Origin: Amoebophrya sp. A120
Taxonomy: Eukaryota; Protista; Dinoflagellata
Reading direction: 5' to 3'
Length of the DNA stretch: 64,000 bases
Assembly (NCBI GenBank): GCA_905178155.1
Contig: CAJINV010000005.1
Location: 3,354,833-3,418,832, forward strand
Shown one piece after another: positions 33,433 to 46,699 of the stretch (position 1 is its first letter; each line of letters begins with the position of its first letter). A model generated the notes under the pieces. It saw only the letters and a program-made list of their open reading frames with translations, searched no databases and had not been told where the DNA came from. The position numbers and the translations under genes are program-made.

Positions 33433-36365
33433 TTAATATGAGCAAACAAATCTACTAGTGTAATATGGACTATAATTCGCACCAAGGCCCCCGCCGCCGC
33501 CACCCATGCCGGCTGCGTTGCAGTGACTCGACCTCCGTTGCTGGTTGTAATTAGTCTGGCTGCTCCAGTTGCAGTTTGTATTTCCATGATTTGAAGATCC
33601 TCCTCCAGACGGCATATAGTTGGTCCCAAACCATTCCCTACCCCCTTTCGGCGTTGCAGGGGGGGCATTTACAAATGTAGTTGTCCCGGCGCCGCACTCG
33701 GTGTGCTGGGATGATCTTCGCGGATGTACTATTTGCGCACTAGCAGTGGTAGCATTTGCACTCCCATTGCTCGTGCTGGTCCCACCAAGAATTACGTCGT
33801 ATTTGTTGTTACTCGTAGAAAGTATAGTTCCAGCTGCACCTCCCTGACTCTGTTGCGTCGCAGCGGCCAGAGCTCTCTGGTGCTCGTTGACCATGCTGCA
33901 GCCGAGATCTGCGTATTCGAAGATCACGCCGCTCATTTTGCGGTCCATGATGGAGGCGCCAACAGCGTAGTCCGCCGGCGGGTTCATTCGTTCGTACAGC
34001 GACGGCCGCCCCGCAGAGGCCGGGTAGTTGGACCACATCGAGTTGCTGCGCCCGGTAACTACACTGGCCCGGTCCGGGTGGGGTTGTTGTACTTGTAGGG
34101 GAAGATGTTGGCGCTGGTGTTGTTGAGCACCAGAAGTAGTGGAGGTGGTCCTGCTTGTCGCTAAAGCCGCATGATGAGTCGTGTTGATGTCCTCGCACTG
34201 AGCAGGACCCGCGCCGCCCTTGGCGGCCGCTGCGGCGCCCAATGTAGTTGAGGAACTCGTCGGGTAAAAATCATGAAGATTATCTCCACCGCGAGTGGAA
34301 GTTCTTGCGCATGAACTGTTGCCGTAGCCACTCTGATGATTGATTCCCTGCTGCTCTCCCCGCATCAAGTCGCGGCCTGAGGAATCATTTTCGTGAGAAG
34401 TGCCGTAATTATGATGCGACGATCTGCGGGGGCCGGGGCCGCCCGCATTGGGCTGGTGGATCGAAGATGAAGTCGTATCATTCTTGTTCACAGAGCTACG
34501 ACTTACTGCGCTGCTACGACCGGGCGGGCCACGAGTTGTAGCACAGGAAGATGAACTCTGGTGGAGCTCATAATTGCTTTCACCCGCCACAGCAGGAGCA
34601 GCTCGTCCTTCGTGCAGGTTTTTACTGTTTTCATCAACTATGTCCTCTCTGTGCAGCCACGAGCTATCCATTGCATTGCTTGTTGCAGCTCCAATTAGTC
34701 CTATATGCTGATCGCCCCCTGGAGGCCCGACGACCCGCGTCTCTCGACCGTGGTAGCTACTGGCGCCCCCGTGGCTCTGCGGATACGTCGACGTGTGATG
34801 GCTCGAGCGCCGCGGATGGTCGCCATCAGTGGTATTCTTTCCAGCACCCGCGGTCGTGGCCATTTGTTGATGATCCGCTCCTGCCGAGGACGCCCCGTAG
34901 TCAAAGCTCGAAATTTGATTTTGCGACTGCAGCATAGTACCTGAACTATCGTCGTGAGCATTGCCACTGGACGGCATAATATTTTTACCGCTGCCGCCGC
35001 CCTTACTTGCGGTCGTTGAGTTCTTGTGGGTAATGTGGTGGTCTCCTCGCTCATGGTTATATCCCGCTGCGTCAGTAGTTGTGCAGCTGTTCGTGTTGCT
35101 TCGGCTTCTCCCAGGAAACGCTCCAGAAGTCTTATTGTTCCGTTGGCCGCCCTGTTGTTGCTGTGACAGCCACTCCGGACAGGGCTGCGGAGTCGTGTTT
35201 TTAATCGGATTCGGCGAAAATTTACTGTACTGCTCATTGCCACTGTACGTTGACCACGTCCGGCCCCGCGTGTTGTTTAATATCCAGTGCAAATATGATG
35301 CCTGGGTCGTCTACGAAAGGTTGCAAGAACTTGTGAGGCTGCCTTTCGATTCAATCCAAAGGCATGACCCGATTGTTCCAAGAAAATCTTGTGTATTTTT
35401 GCATGACCAGCAGAAGGAATCCAGCCGGTCATCGTACGCGGACGAGAGGGCATTTCTCATGCGGGGTAGCGAACGAGTTCGAGAAGCCTTGTAAAAATTC
35501 GATTGAGATACATCACGGTAGACGTCATGGGTTATGCAAAACGTGCATGACAAAAGTTGCACTTGTTTTCTAGACCCAGGCATGATATTGATATTGCCGG
35601 AGGATACTGTAACTGTTGTGGTTGTGGCAATTGTAGCCAGAACTACCTCCTCCGTAGCTACCTCCAGAACCGTAGCTACTGTTAGAAATGTTGTTACCCG
35701 GCGGGGCGGTCGGACCTGCAGGGGGTTTATTATGCCCGGCTCCACTACTGTGCTGGCTGTGCGCGCCGCCGCCGGCCCCCCAGTTTTGGAGCTTATTGTA
35801 ATTCTGAACACGGTCTTGATAGCTGCTCGGGTGGACGAGGTGGCTACTATGAGTATGATTTTCTCCAGATGAGTTGTTCATCTTTGATATCGCGCTGCTC
35901 GCGTGGTCGTTTCGGCCCATGATTCCGTGAGTGTGGTCCACGTTGTGACGTGGATTAAATTGCTGGTGCTCACCAGCCTGGGCCCCCTGATGCAACTTAG
36001 AAGCTCCCCCTCCTGTGCAGCCGGGGGCTGTGCCTCGCTGATGCACGTCTCCGGCTCCTCCCGAAGATCTAGTACACCTCCCCGCGCCGTCCTCCTCGCT
36101 GCCTTCAATCGGACTCAGTCCGCTGGCACAAGTTTTCAGCAGCGCGCCCAAGGCGCCGGCAGAGTCGTTCGGATGCTGGGCCATCTGGTGGGTGAGGGTC
36201 TGTAGAAACAGTTGATCCTCTAGGCGCAAAGTGGTTTTCCGCGCGATACACGTCTGGGGCGTCGGGGGTAATTGATGCGCAGCCGTGCGATTCGTTTCCG
36301 GAGTGATCCGCGGGATCAAATGCTGAGCAGCCCGGTCGGGTCGGGGCAGCGGCGTTTGCGCATCT
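33433..36365 (-). CDS. Hypothetical low-complexity (S/G/N/H-rich) protein, at least two exons; 5' end uncertain
   Basis: ORFs 35570-36511 and 33433-35292 join in frame when 35281-35606 plus 5 nt is removed. Recurrent RRSSHH-like motifs; no recognisable domain. Confidence 0.6.
35281..35606. mobile_element. Decayed family-A-like introner (326 bp)
   Basis: TATCCAGTGCAAATATGATGCCTGGGTC...GACCCAGGCATGATATTG...GGATA. TSD eroded, but the removed length fits the frame. Confidence 0.7.
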
Positions 36366-36799
36366 AAAAGATAGTCGAAAAAAGATACAGGATGTAGTAA
36401 AACAAGTAGAGCATGAAAAAATGAAGACCATGACCTCCCGCACGGGGACCCACAGGGTGGCCATAAAATGAGTGTCATTTTTTGTAGTACCAACACAGAA
36501 GAGAAGATCACGGAAATAGGTGAAGATAGGTGATCTTCTTGTTCTCATCGGTTTGGTCTGAGGGTGGCACAGGAACAGAATCCACCTCATTTGATCTTCT
36601 GTCAAGAGCCCAATTACATCCCACTGGAGAGATGAATAGTCATCTTTTAGGTCGTGATCCTTGCAGGAGCCGTGTCTAGAAGTGCGGATCAAAAATGAAA
36701 AACGAGGACAGATCTTTCTAGGTTGCTAAAAATGATATTGCAATATCGATTCAGCTCTTCGTTTTTACTGCTTGCTTCCCCAGCACGACGTGTAAGTAC

Positions 36800-38846
36800 T
36801 TGTAAAAGATGGGGTTAGAAGAAGATTTACGATCCTTCGTGTAGTCCTGTCCCCGACCGTCCCCTAGAGCTTCTTTCCTCCCAGTCTGTTGTCGTGATTG
36901 TGGAACAAACCGTGTGTAAAAGTCTGATGTTTGTACCTGCTCCCGCCGAACTGCTCCCGTATTTGTCGTATTTTGACGATTCTTTGCCGCCGCCCTTGTG
37001 GTCGCGTCGGTCGCCTTATGCACTGCAAAGAAAAGTATCTTCGCACTCGTTGCACTATTTATTGCTGTAATTTTATCGCATGACAGATCCTACAAATTCA
37101 GCTTTTCATTCTGGAAAAACTTGCATATAGAAGATACAAATTATATTTACATTTAGTACAACAACGAAGATGCTTGTTTTGCGATGCATATGTCCCTGCC
37201 GCCCTTGTCGTTCCTGTCGCGATCTCCCTTAAAGTTGTTCCGGTCGCCGCGTCGCTGATCGCGCGGGTCACGATCGTCGCGGTAGGGATTATGCAACACG
37301 AATTTAGACGATTTGTTACGACCGTTGTACGTAGTACAAGATAGAACATATACTTACACGTGACAACGACAAGTTGAACAAAATACACAACCAGACTTCT
37401 CGTTCTCATGCTGAATCAGGTGGGCAGAAGGCGAAAGGCAACATTTTGTGCAAAATTATGCGCATTAGAATTCTCCGACATAAAAATTACACCGGAGATA
37501 GAAAATTTAGCTAGATTCGTGTATCATATCGGTCATTGTTCCCCCGGTCGTTGTAGTTGTTCTGTTTCGACGAGCTCGCTCCGCCTTTGCTGTACGACCC
37601 GCCGCCCGCAGAAGATTTATTTCTCGACTCCTCGAAAAGCTCGCTCGGGAGCTCCACCAGCGTCTCGTCTGCTTTCACGATGTGCGCAGTCGACCTGGTC
37701 GGGTCGATGGATTTATTCAGGGTGATCGGGGAAAACTTCAGCGCCTTCTGAAATCCCTCCTCGGACGCCAGCTGGACGGGGATTATCCCATGAGCAAAAA
37801 TGGGGGTCCCACCCTGGTAGACTTGCCATGCAGATTATTGCAAGCCTAAAATATTTCTCATGCGTAGCGGCCCCATGTTGAGGCCCATTCTCTAGTCGGG
37901 TTCGTTGTGTCGGGTGGGGACCCATATTTTCCTCAGGATAGTGATGCAGACCTCTTCTTTGGTTCGCGCCTCCGCCGTATCAAATGTAAAAATGTCTGGG
38001 TCTGGAAGAATGCAAGTTTGTCATGCTTGTCTGGCATGACTCTTAAATCTGTCATGCACATTACCAAAGAGCCCCACTTTTCTGTCATGCAGAAACGTAG
38101 TTTGTCATGCAGAATAGGCAACACCTAGAAGCTCAGAAACTTGTCATGCTGAGCCAGCAATTGTCGCCTCCTCATGATACGCCACACAGCATCACAAGTT
38201 TCCAGACCCAGACATTTTTACATTTTATACGCCGTTTTTCCTCGCCGGACCGAACTGTTCTATGAATTGCAAAAGTATTGTACTCGTATAAATGCATTAC
38301 AAATTTTCTCAGCATGAGAGAAAAAATTTGTAATGCTGATTTACCTTAAGAAAAAGATTTGTAATGCATGACTGCAATACGAGTGCGATACTTTTGCACA
38401 GGATATGTTCTCCACCGGTTCGATGCCGAAATTCCGGAGAAAACGCTCGATGTCATTCCCCGTCACGGACAGGGCGAGGTTCCAACAGTCCACCGGGTAG
38501 GACACATTGGACTGCGAGACGGAGGTCTGTGAAGGTTTGTTCTTTTATTGCATATTCATTTTCATCTCAACAAGACGAGGAAAAAATCAGTAGACACAAA
38601 GACAATCTTGATGTTGATCTTCTATTCGAAGCAGAGGGCATGATTACTATGGCTCGATACTACAGAAAGCATGAAACAAGTCTGGCTCTATAATTATACA
38701 TCCTTTGAAGCTTTCCCGGGGACCGGTTCCGAGCTGAGCTGAAAGTCAGGCTTCGTGTGGAGACTGGGTAGCGGCTCCAGCTCCGGACTTCCCAAGTCTT
38801 CGCTCTCATCGGCCCAGCAGCGCCGTGGCTTCGCGGGCGTAGCCAT
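36800..38846 (-). CDS. eIF4B-like protein, 5' exons (WADE motif, RRM-like domain, DR/RG-rich region); 3' boundary approximate
   Basis: MATPAKPRRCWADESED; spliced WNLALSVTGNDIERFLRNFG...VQLASEEGFQKAL; NDRYRDDRDPRDQRRGDRNNFKGDRDR. Confidence 0.55.
37017..37190. mobile_element. TIR introner (174 bp)
   Basis: TATGCACTGCAAAGAAAAGTATCTTCG...CGAAGATGCTTGTTTTGCGATGCATA. TSD eroded; frame restored. Confidence 0.75.
37290..37528. mobile_element. TIR introner (239 bp)
   Basis: TATGCAACACGAATTTAG...CTAGATTCGTGTATCATA. Removal gives NDRYRDD. Confidence 0.75.
37784..37940. mobile_element. TIR introner (157 bp)
   Basis: TATCCCATGAGCAAAAATGGGGGTCCCACCC...GGGTGGGGACCCATATTTTCCTCAGGATA, flanks GGGAT/GTGAT. 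Confidence 0.85.
37978..38229. mobile_element. TIR introner family A, 252-bp subfamily
   Basis: Family-A TIRs, perfect TSD CGCCG. Confidence 0.93.
38261..38405. mobile_element. TIR introner family C (145 bp)
   Basis: TATGAATTGCAAAAGTATTGTACTCGTAT...ATACGAGTGCGATACTTTTGCACAGGATA, perfect TSD TGTTC. Confidence 0.9.
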
Positions 38847-40671
38847 GCTAGGCTTGGTATGATCGGTAGCAGGGAGAAAGAAGAAGTAGAGTCTCCTGCT
38901 TTTTTATCGAAAATTATCCAGGTCGCGGACGTCTTGCTCTTTATTCGGTCTTCTTCACTACACTTGGCGGTAGCAGTGCTAGTAGAGAAATTGCTTGAGC
39001 TAGTCGGAGGTCACAAGCGTGACTCTGATTCGCGTTTCTCTTTCTCTTCGTTCAAAACTTAAATTTTGTTGCGCCGGACCGTAGATGTGGACGCTTATTC
39101 GCGAGCGTCCACCGTTGTATTTATCCGGCAATTTCTAAAGCTCCAAAGTGCGGATGAAAGGAAGCAAATCTCTATTGCTCGAGGTTGCTTTCGCCCTGCC
39201 ACAGCCGGAGCGCGGCGCCCATCTTGTGCTGAAATGTAACTTAGGTGTCCAAAATGCTTTTTTTGTTTGAGTTTTTCAGTGTATCTCTATCGATCCGATC
39301 AAATTGGCTGTCGAACTTCAAATGTGATTTAGCGGTAGGGAAGATAGCGTTAGCGGAGAAACGAGAAGAAACAATTTTTTGAAGGAAAGTGGTCTAGCTC
39401 TAAGCTCGAAAGAAAATAATACTGAAACGACAAACTAACTACAATGTCTATACTAAAACTTTGTTGCTGGTGACTCGTCCACGACATTCTCTACAGATAC
39501 TGATCGGCTAAGCGTCTCGTGAAATTTCTCTTACTGTCTTATGCCGTGAAGATAAATGAACTACTCGCTCAAGGTCTGTATCGCAACCAATGAAACTTCT
39601 TCTACATCACAACAATACAGGTTTTGGCTGGGAGAAGCGTATGACTCTGCCGCTTGTTGTTATGTTATTGTTACTCGAAGGACGATGAACTCGCGTGAAA
39701 TAAAGCTAAAAACTATATTAGGACTCATGTACAGATTTTCTATCCACCTATATCTTACTGAAAAATGTATATTGAAACTCAAAATCAGCCGGAAAAGGTC
39801 GCCGTTTTGCGATACTCAGCTAGAACTTCTACGTTCAAGTTTGAGTACTTTCTCATATCGTTTCCCTGAATTTATTAGAAGTGAGACAAGAATGAAGTGC
39901 GAGTCGGTAATATCTGATGCAAAGTGCTCGCTATCTTGTTATTTTCTTCATCATGGTCTTCGTTCTACATTACTTATTTCGCAATTGCAAGTGGAAAATC
40001 GATCGCACATTAACGTAGAATTGATCTTAATCAAAAATCACAGTCCTGCGTTTTGATCCGCAACGTTGTAAACAATAAACTTCTGTTTTTCATCTGCATC
40101 AGCATCTCCTAGCCCTAGTAGGTCCCAAAACTTCTCCACTACGTACTTATTTAGTTTTTACTTTCCTTACTTCCACACTTACTAGGGCGCATGCAAAACC
40201 TGATCTTCATAGTATTACACCAGAGCACAGAACTCGGTCGTGGGGATCGATCAGCGACGGAGGATGTGGCAAAGAAGCATCTCATGCACCTCTTTTCGGT
40301 TACTTAAATGCAGTGCTTTCATCGTTCTTACTTTACTGTCATTTCAAAACCAACATCGTATTTGTTTCGTAATTTTTCATTTTCTTGGAAACGATAACTC
40401 ACTGGTTTCTTTTTTGTTTCATCATCTTTCGTTTCTTGCAGTAGTTGCTATTTTCTTATCATACATGGAGGTCTCATTTCTAGCAAGAGGCCTTTCCTTT
40501 TGGCCTCGTAGGATGCGTTGTCAATGAGCTTCGGTGGGAACCTCAGCGGTGGAAGCAAAAACCCACATTGCACTGGATTGATTCTGTGGTACTGAACTGG
40601 TATTTTTGCGTGGTTGTGAAGATGAGCCAAGTTGTTTATTCCCCCCGCCTCTGTTTATTCCACCCCCGCCT

Positions 40672-43600
40672 CTATCTCTGAAACGCGTAACTCCTTTTCC
40701 CGGCCATTGTGACATGCGTGAGGACGAACAGAAACAAGCCAAAACCAACGCAAGCGGCTGCCGCGTAGTGCGTGGACAAAGTCGTGTCGGTGTTGTCCAA
40801 TCCGAAAACGGCGGACAATACTGCCGTCGTTAACAACCCGATCGTTGCTATGGTCGGCGAGGTGAGCAAGATCCCCCAAGCCCACAAGTAGTGGGAGAAG
40901 AAGGAACTCATGACACTGAACAGAAACAAGTTGGAAAGCAACTCCGTGTTCTTCTCGTCGTCCTGGGCGGCGATGAAAATCTTTTCCCAAAAGCCGCTGT
41001 CGCAAATACTGATCAGAGGGATGCCGATCGCGAGAACATACAACCCGATATATCCTGTTGAAAAACATCCCCACCCATAGCCGTCATGCAAATCTGCATG
41101 CTTAAAATGTCTCTCATGCGGAGCCCCATGAGACACGTTTTGTAAGCACTACTTTTAAATTTGTGATGCTCGAATCAGCACGAGGGGCTAGCTTTGTGAT
41201 GCTGCTGCACTCGCTAAACCCGATTACACTGCGAGCCCAAACCTGTAATGCGCAACCGCCAAAGCTTGTTGATTTGTATTGCAGATTTCCGAACTCGACT
41301 CTGGTGTGGGGACGTTTTTACATATGATACGATATACCCGAGAAAGATCACCGGGTCGCGGACGTACTGGGTGATCAAAATCGCGTAGATCGCAAAAAGA
41401 AACGCCGAGGTGGAGGAAAAAACGGTCTGCGGCTGGTGCGCAAAAACCCCAAGGCTGCACAGGACGACGGCAAGCCACTTCCGGGTCTCCACCTCCTCGC
41501 CCAGCCAACTGATCGAGAGGAAGTAGACGGAAAGAGGCGAAAAACTCGAGAAAACGGCGGAGTTGGTCAGCGGAGAGAAAATGTGGGGCGAGTCGATGTT
41601 TGGGATACTGCTGGATTTATTCTCGGAAGATTCATTTTGGGGCGGTTGGGTCTCTGATATCTCGTCTTTGCTTCCTCCGGCGTGCTTCTTGTCCTCCGTC
41701 GTTGCTCCGGTTCTCGATAGTTTAGTTGTTGTTCTCGCACCAGCAGTTTTATTGGAAGTTGTAGCTGTTACCGCAACCGTACTATCGGAAAAGAGTTTTC
41801 GCTTCACAAACGCAGACATTGACAACCAGGCAGACTCGAGACGGCTGGTTAAACTAGCTGGCGCTGGTGATGTTGAGACGGACGAGTCGTGTGGCATACC
41901 AGTAGTACTGCCTTTCTCTTCTTCGCCAACGCCTTTCGCGGACGGTTTTCTGTCCTGCCCACGACGGGGATCATCGGGACCAAGAACGCCAGCAGGAGTA
42001 GAAGTAGCTCTCGACCCGCTTTTTATCGCGGTGCTCAGAAAGCTCAGCTTCACCAAGTTGGTTGTACTAGTAGGTCCGGCAACGTCGATAGGCAGCTGCT
42101 CTCTAGCTTTACCATCTGCGATCGATTGAGGTTCCTGTGTAGTTTGCCCGCGTGTTGCTGAGACCTTCTCAAAGGAAGCATAGTCATCCACATCGTCGCT
42201 CCTGTAGGGGTCGTGATCACCTCTAGTTTCACCGACAGCAGCTTTAGTCGGATGAAGTTGTCCCTTCTCCTTCTTCACCCCGCCCGCCGGCTTTATTCGC
42301 GTCAACGGCGCCACACTCGCCAAGTACGCCGTTTCCGCTTGCAGCCCCAGCCATTGCGCGAGCAGCAAAATCGGCGCGATCAATGCAATCGTCACGTACA
42401 CCGGCGCTGCCAGTCGGTAATTGTAGTTCCACAGCAAGCTTGTGAAACTGGGGGAAGTAGTGGTCATTCTCATTCCGCTTCGGTTGACGCTCCCGGGTGG
42501 TTTATCATTTAAGAATTCATGTTCGACCTCGTCAATTTCAACAAAATCCAAGTCAACATCTTGTGCAGCTCCTTGTTCCCCACCACCACTGTCCTGCTCC
42601 CCTTCTGCATTTGCAAAGCTTCCCGTCGCCTTCCTCAAATAGTACTGCGTCACTGCTTTCAACCGTTCCGGGTGCAATGGGGTGAGAAGCTGGCCTAGGG
42701 GATCGGAACTAGCGAGGGAGCTGCTGCTGCTTTCTTGTTCTCTGGAAGTAGAAGATACCGACAAATCACTGCTGACAGGAAAACGCGGGGGAAGAAAATC
42801 CACTGCAGTTCTTGGTGCAGACAAAAACTGCCGGCCCGGGGACGTCGAGAGAAGCGCGCGCTGTGAAGGGTTGCGTGTGCCGTTGGCGGCTTGTAAAAAA
42901 AGTGTGTTCTCGTCTGAGGAGGAAGAAGAGGAGAACTTGTAGTATCCGTCTGGTTCGTAAAAATTAGAAGCGCCCTCTACTTCCACATTGTCCACATATT
43001 TGTCCGCACGTGGTTCATTATCGGTAGCTGCACCAGTTGCGGGGTTATTTAAGATTTGAGCAGCTGCAGCTGTACTTGGCACAAATGACGCTCTTGCCGG
43101 CGCAGAGGGTTTCGATCTGTCTTGGTCTCCTGTTGATTCGTCGTTGTAGTAGAAGAAAGAACTCTTCGCAATTTCCTCCGCGTCTTCGACGAGTAGGGCT
43201 AAAGATCGCTTTTTCGTTTTACCACGGCCTGCTCCGACTATGTTGGTCCTGCTGTATTGGTGCTGTTGCTTCGCGAAGATGGCACTATTCTCTATTTCTC
43301 GATCGCGAGCGAGGTGTAACGCCAGCTGCTGCGTCTCTTCTCCAGCAGCACTATCATCACTGGCAGGCTCCGGGTAGAAGTGAACGCGCTTCTCCGGCGG
43401 CGGCGGCTTAGGGTTACTAGCAACCTCCGCGTTCTTAGCCTTTGCTTTGTTCTTCCTTGCTCTCTTGCCCCTGCGATTTTTACCCGTCGGAGTGGAAGAT
43501 GAAGCTCCAGCGCCTGCTGTACTCGAAGCTGCTTTTGGTGTGACGCCAGTGACAGCAGCAGGTGCAGGTGGTACTTTCTCCGTTACTCCCGCGCTTGCCT

Positions 43601-46600
43601 TCGTGGAGTTCCTTTCCTGTCGCTTCAAAATGGACCCGAGTGGCCGGCGAGCTCCAGCGGAATCCGAGTCGGAGGAGCTGAAGGCAGCGAGGGCGGCTGC
43701 TGTTCCGGAAGGTGTGTCGGTGTCGGAAGAGCTGAGGACGAGATTTTCATCGTCTGCTAAATCATCCTGTGTGTGTGCAAGAAGAACTGCTGGGTTAGTA
43801 GAAGAACTGGAGCTTGATGCGGCCGACGCGCCAGGTACAAAAAGTTCTTGACTTCTCAATCTTCTTTCCTCCCTTTTCTCCTCCTCCTTATGCTGCTTTT
43901 TCATCTCTCCAAAATCCCCTCGCGGCGTCGCCCCACTGCTTGTGCGCTTGTTGACCCGGCGGCGCCAAATGGGATCCGATTCCGAGATGGAGAGCTCGTC
44001 AAGCACTACGTCCGAGCCCGCGGCTTCGCCTTCCGCATCTAGTGCGCTTCTTCGTGCACCAGTCATGGCGGTGGAGTTGTTACTTCTCCTGTAATCAGCA
44101 AGAACCGCCGGCGACAATTCTTCTGATTGCGTTGGAAGGGCGTCACTTTGATCCCCAAACATCGCGGCCGGGGACGGCGCACCCCCGGTGCCGCCGGAGC
44201 GACTGGCTACAGTTCCGACAAGCGTGCGCGGACGACGTGTAGCCGGGGATCTTGTCATGCTAGTGACGCTAGTTCCATCTTGATCTACGCCAGGATCCTC
44301 GCTTTCTGACCCCGACCTGGACCTGTTCCTGCTCGGGGACCGGGACCACTCGTGCTGGAAGGGCTTTCCCAATGAGAGCGCACAACTCCCCCTCGTCCCC
44401 CTCATCTGTAATGCAAAATCGCCAATCCTCCAGTTGCTGCCTTGTAGCACTGTTTCCATGACAGATTCTGGAAGCGGAAACAGCATTACAGTCCGCTCAT
44501 AAACTTGTCATGCACAGCATATACTTGTGCTGTTGTTTGTATTGCTGGCCATGCCATGATTGGCATTGCCGCTCGAATCAGGGGAGGGGGTGGAGTAGTG
44601 CACTTTCATATTCCATTTTCATCCTTCCCCGGCCTTATAGGAGAGCCGCGGTGGAGGATGTGCGCTGCGAACGCCGAGCGGAGTTCCTGCGGAGACCGGA
44701 GGGCGTCGGGGGACAGGACGCGGGGTAATAATGTAGGGGCGGAGCGCAGATCTCTTTCATCATCTTTTGTCATCTCTACTACCGGTTGCGGTTGTTGTGA
44801 ATGTAGTGGTCCTGCTTGTGGTTTTTCTACTCTTTGTTCCGGAAGGAGCTCCTGCGCTATGCTATCCTTGCTGTGAGTAACAGGCGCGCTTCTGGGCGTA
44901 GGTATAGCAGCAGTTGTTGCAAATGCAAAATCTTCAGCACGAGCGGGTTCCTGCGTTGCCTGCGTTGTAGCAGACCGCCTTGCATCGTCCTGGGTAGAAA
45001 CAGGGTTCGGCTTCGGCGCGCCAACAGATTCCGCAACAACACGAATTGACGAAGGAGCGCTCGCCTCCGCTTTCTGCTTTGGTACGCCCGGCTGTGCCGG
45101 TGTAGCTTTTGCAGGAGCTCCTTCTTCTTGCGGCAGTGTAGCACTTCGCGGGCGAGGAGCTGTAGTTGCTTTTTCAGTCGTTGCAGTTGCTTCATCTGCA
45201 ATCGAATCAAAGCCGACCCCCTTCGTGTTCATGGTAGAAATTATTTCAAGACCAGAATCTGGAGAAGCTGGTACGCGATGGACTGGACCAGCTGCAGCTG
45301 CTTTCGGTTTTTTCGATTCGGATTCCTCGGACTCCTTGTCCCCGGTCACTGCTTCTCGTTGTCCCGTCAACATCGTCGTCGCAGATGAAGCGATAATTTG
45401 CTGCGCTTGAACGGCGGGAAGAAGAGGCGGTGGTGCTCCCTCAACCCTTTTGGCGGCCTCCACCGCCTCAACCACTTCGTCCGCCAGCAAGAAGACCGTC
45501 GGCCGCTCTGCCGCTTCGCCCTCCGCCTCTCCAATTGCCGAGCTTCCGGCGGGAGACATCAAAACTGGGGTTGTAGGTCGATCCGCCATGAAGCCAGCGT
45601 TTACTTTCAGCCGCACGGCAGCTGGACCTACTCTTTGCTTTAGTTCTTGCGCCCCAGAGGACGGAGTCGACGTCTCAGCCTGTACTTGTTCGCGGTCAGG
45701 GTGGTCACGCTTCCTGCGGTCCTCCTGCACACCAAACGCCGAAGTGGTTTTTCTGTTCGACGCCGAAAGTAGCAAAAACTCTTCTGTCGTACTGTCCTGA
45801 TACACGGCGTCGTAGTCGTCGTACAGATCGTGTACGTGCTCCTCCGAAGCGCGGTAATGAAACCTTGTCAACTGCCCCGGCAAAGAAACGAGCACCGACG
45901 CCGTGCTAGCATGATGTTGCGACGTCCACCTGGGACTAAGTCCGGGGAAGGAACTGGCACTGGAGCTGGACAGATTTGCGAGGGAAGTGGAGGACGTTCT
46001 GTGCTGGAGCGTATTTGTGGCGTCATTATAGATGGACCGACCACGTCGTCTGTGAAGAATGTCGTCGTCGTTCGCATCTTCTTCTCGATCCGATTCAATG
46101 AGCAAGTCGTCGCTTGGTTTACTTTCACCTTCAGCAGCGACTGGCTTCGGTCCGGTTTTGAGCATTTTCTTGGCCGGCTGGCTCCGCCGCAGGTAGTAAA
46201 AGTCGTCGTCGTCGCCAGGTACAGAAACGCCATCCTCTGGGCGCTTTCTCCCTTTACCTCGCCAAGATTGTGATGCGGTCGACGCAGAGGCGGATGTGGC
46301 CATAATTTGATGCTGCTGCGCAAGAGGAATATCCGCCTTCGACGAGGTCGCGGTCGCCGCTGTTATTCTCGCTTGCGCACTGCTGCTGATCACTGCACTG
46401 GACATGGACCAGAGGTGCAACATGTGAAAAAACCAAAAGAAAACCAAACTAAAGTTGCAGAACAGCAAGAGCGAAAAGTGGTGCTGATAGTCAAGTTGCT
46501 GCAGAATGGTTTGATGCAGCCCGGAAGACAGACAGTCGATGACGCACACGAAGAAGATCGCGCACAGCCCAATCGTAAACCGTTCATTCTCGGAATACGT

Positions 46601-46699
46601 CGTGAGCGGGTCCCGCTGTTCCCAAGCGCGCATGCGGGCGCGTCGGTAGCGCCGCTGACCCTCCGGGTCCCGGGTCTCGACGCGGAGGAGCGTTTCCAT
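40672..46699 (-). CDS. SLC35F/EamA-like (DMT superfamily) membrane transporter with very long disordered insertions; multi-exon
   Basis: N-terminal TM pair (FTIGLCAIFFVCV...HFSLLLFCNFSLVF). Later segments TNSAVFSSFSPLSVYFLS...RKWLAVVLCSLGV, SAFLFAIYAILI and SHYLWAWGILLTSPTIATIGL resemble SLC35F5-type proteins. Confidence 0.7.
41051..41329. mobile_element. TIR introner (279 bp), related to 3-335
   Basis: TATCCTGTTGAAAAACATCCCCAC...GTGGGGACGTTTTTACATATGATA, perfect TSD CGATA. Removal gives FLGYIGLYVL. Confidence 0.9.
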
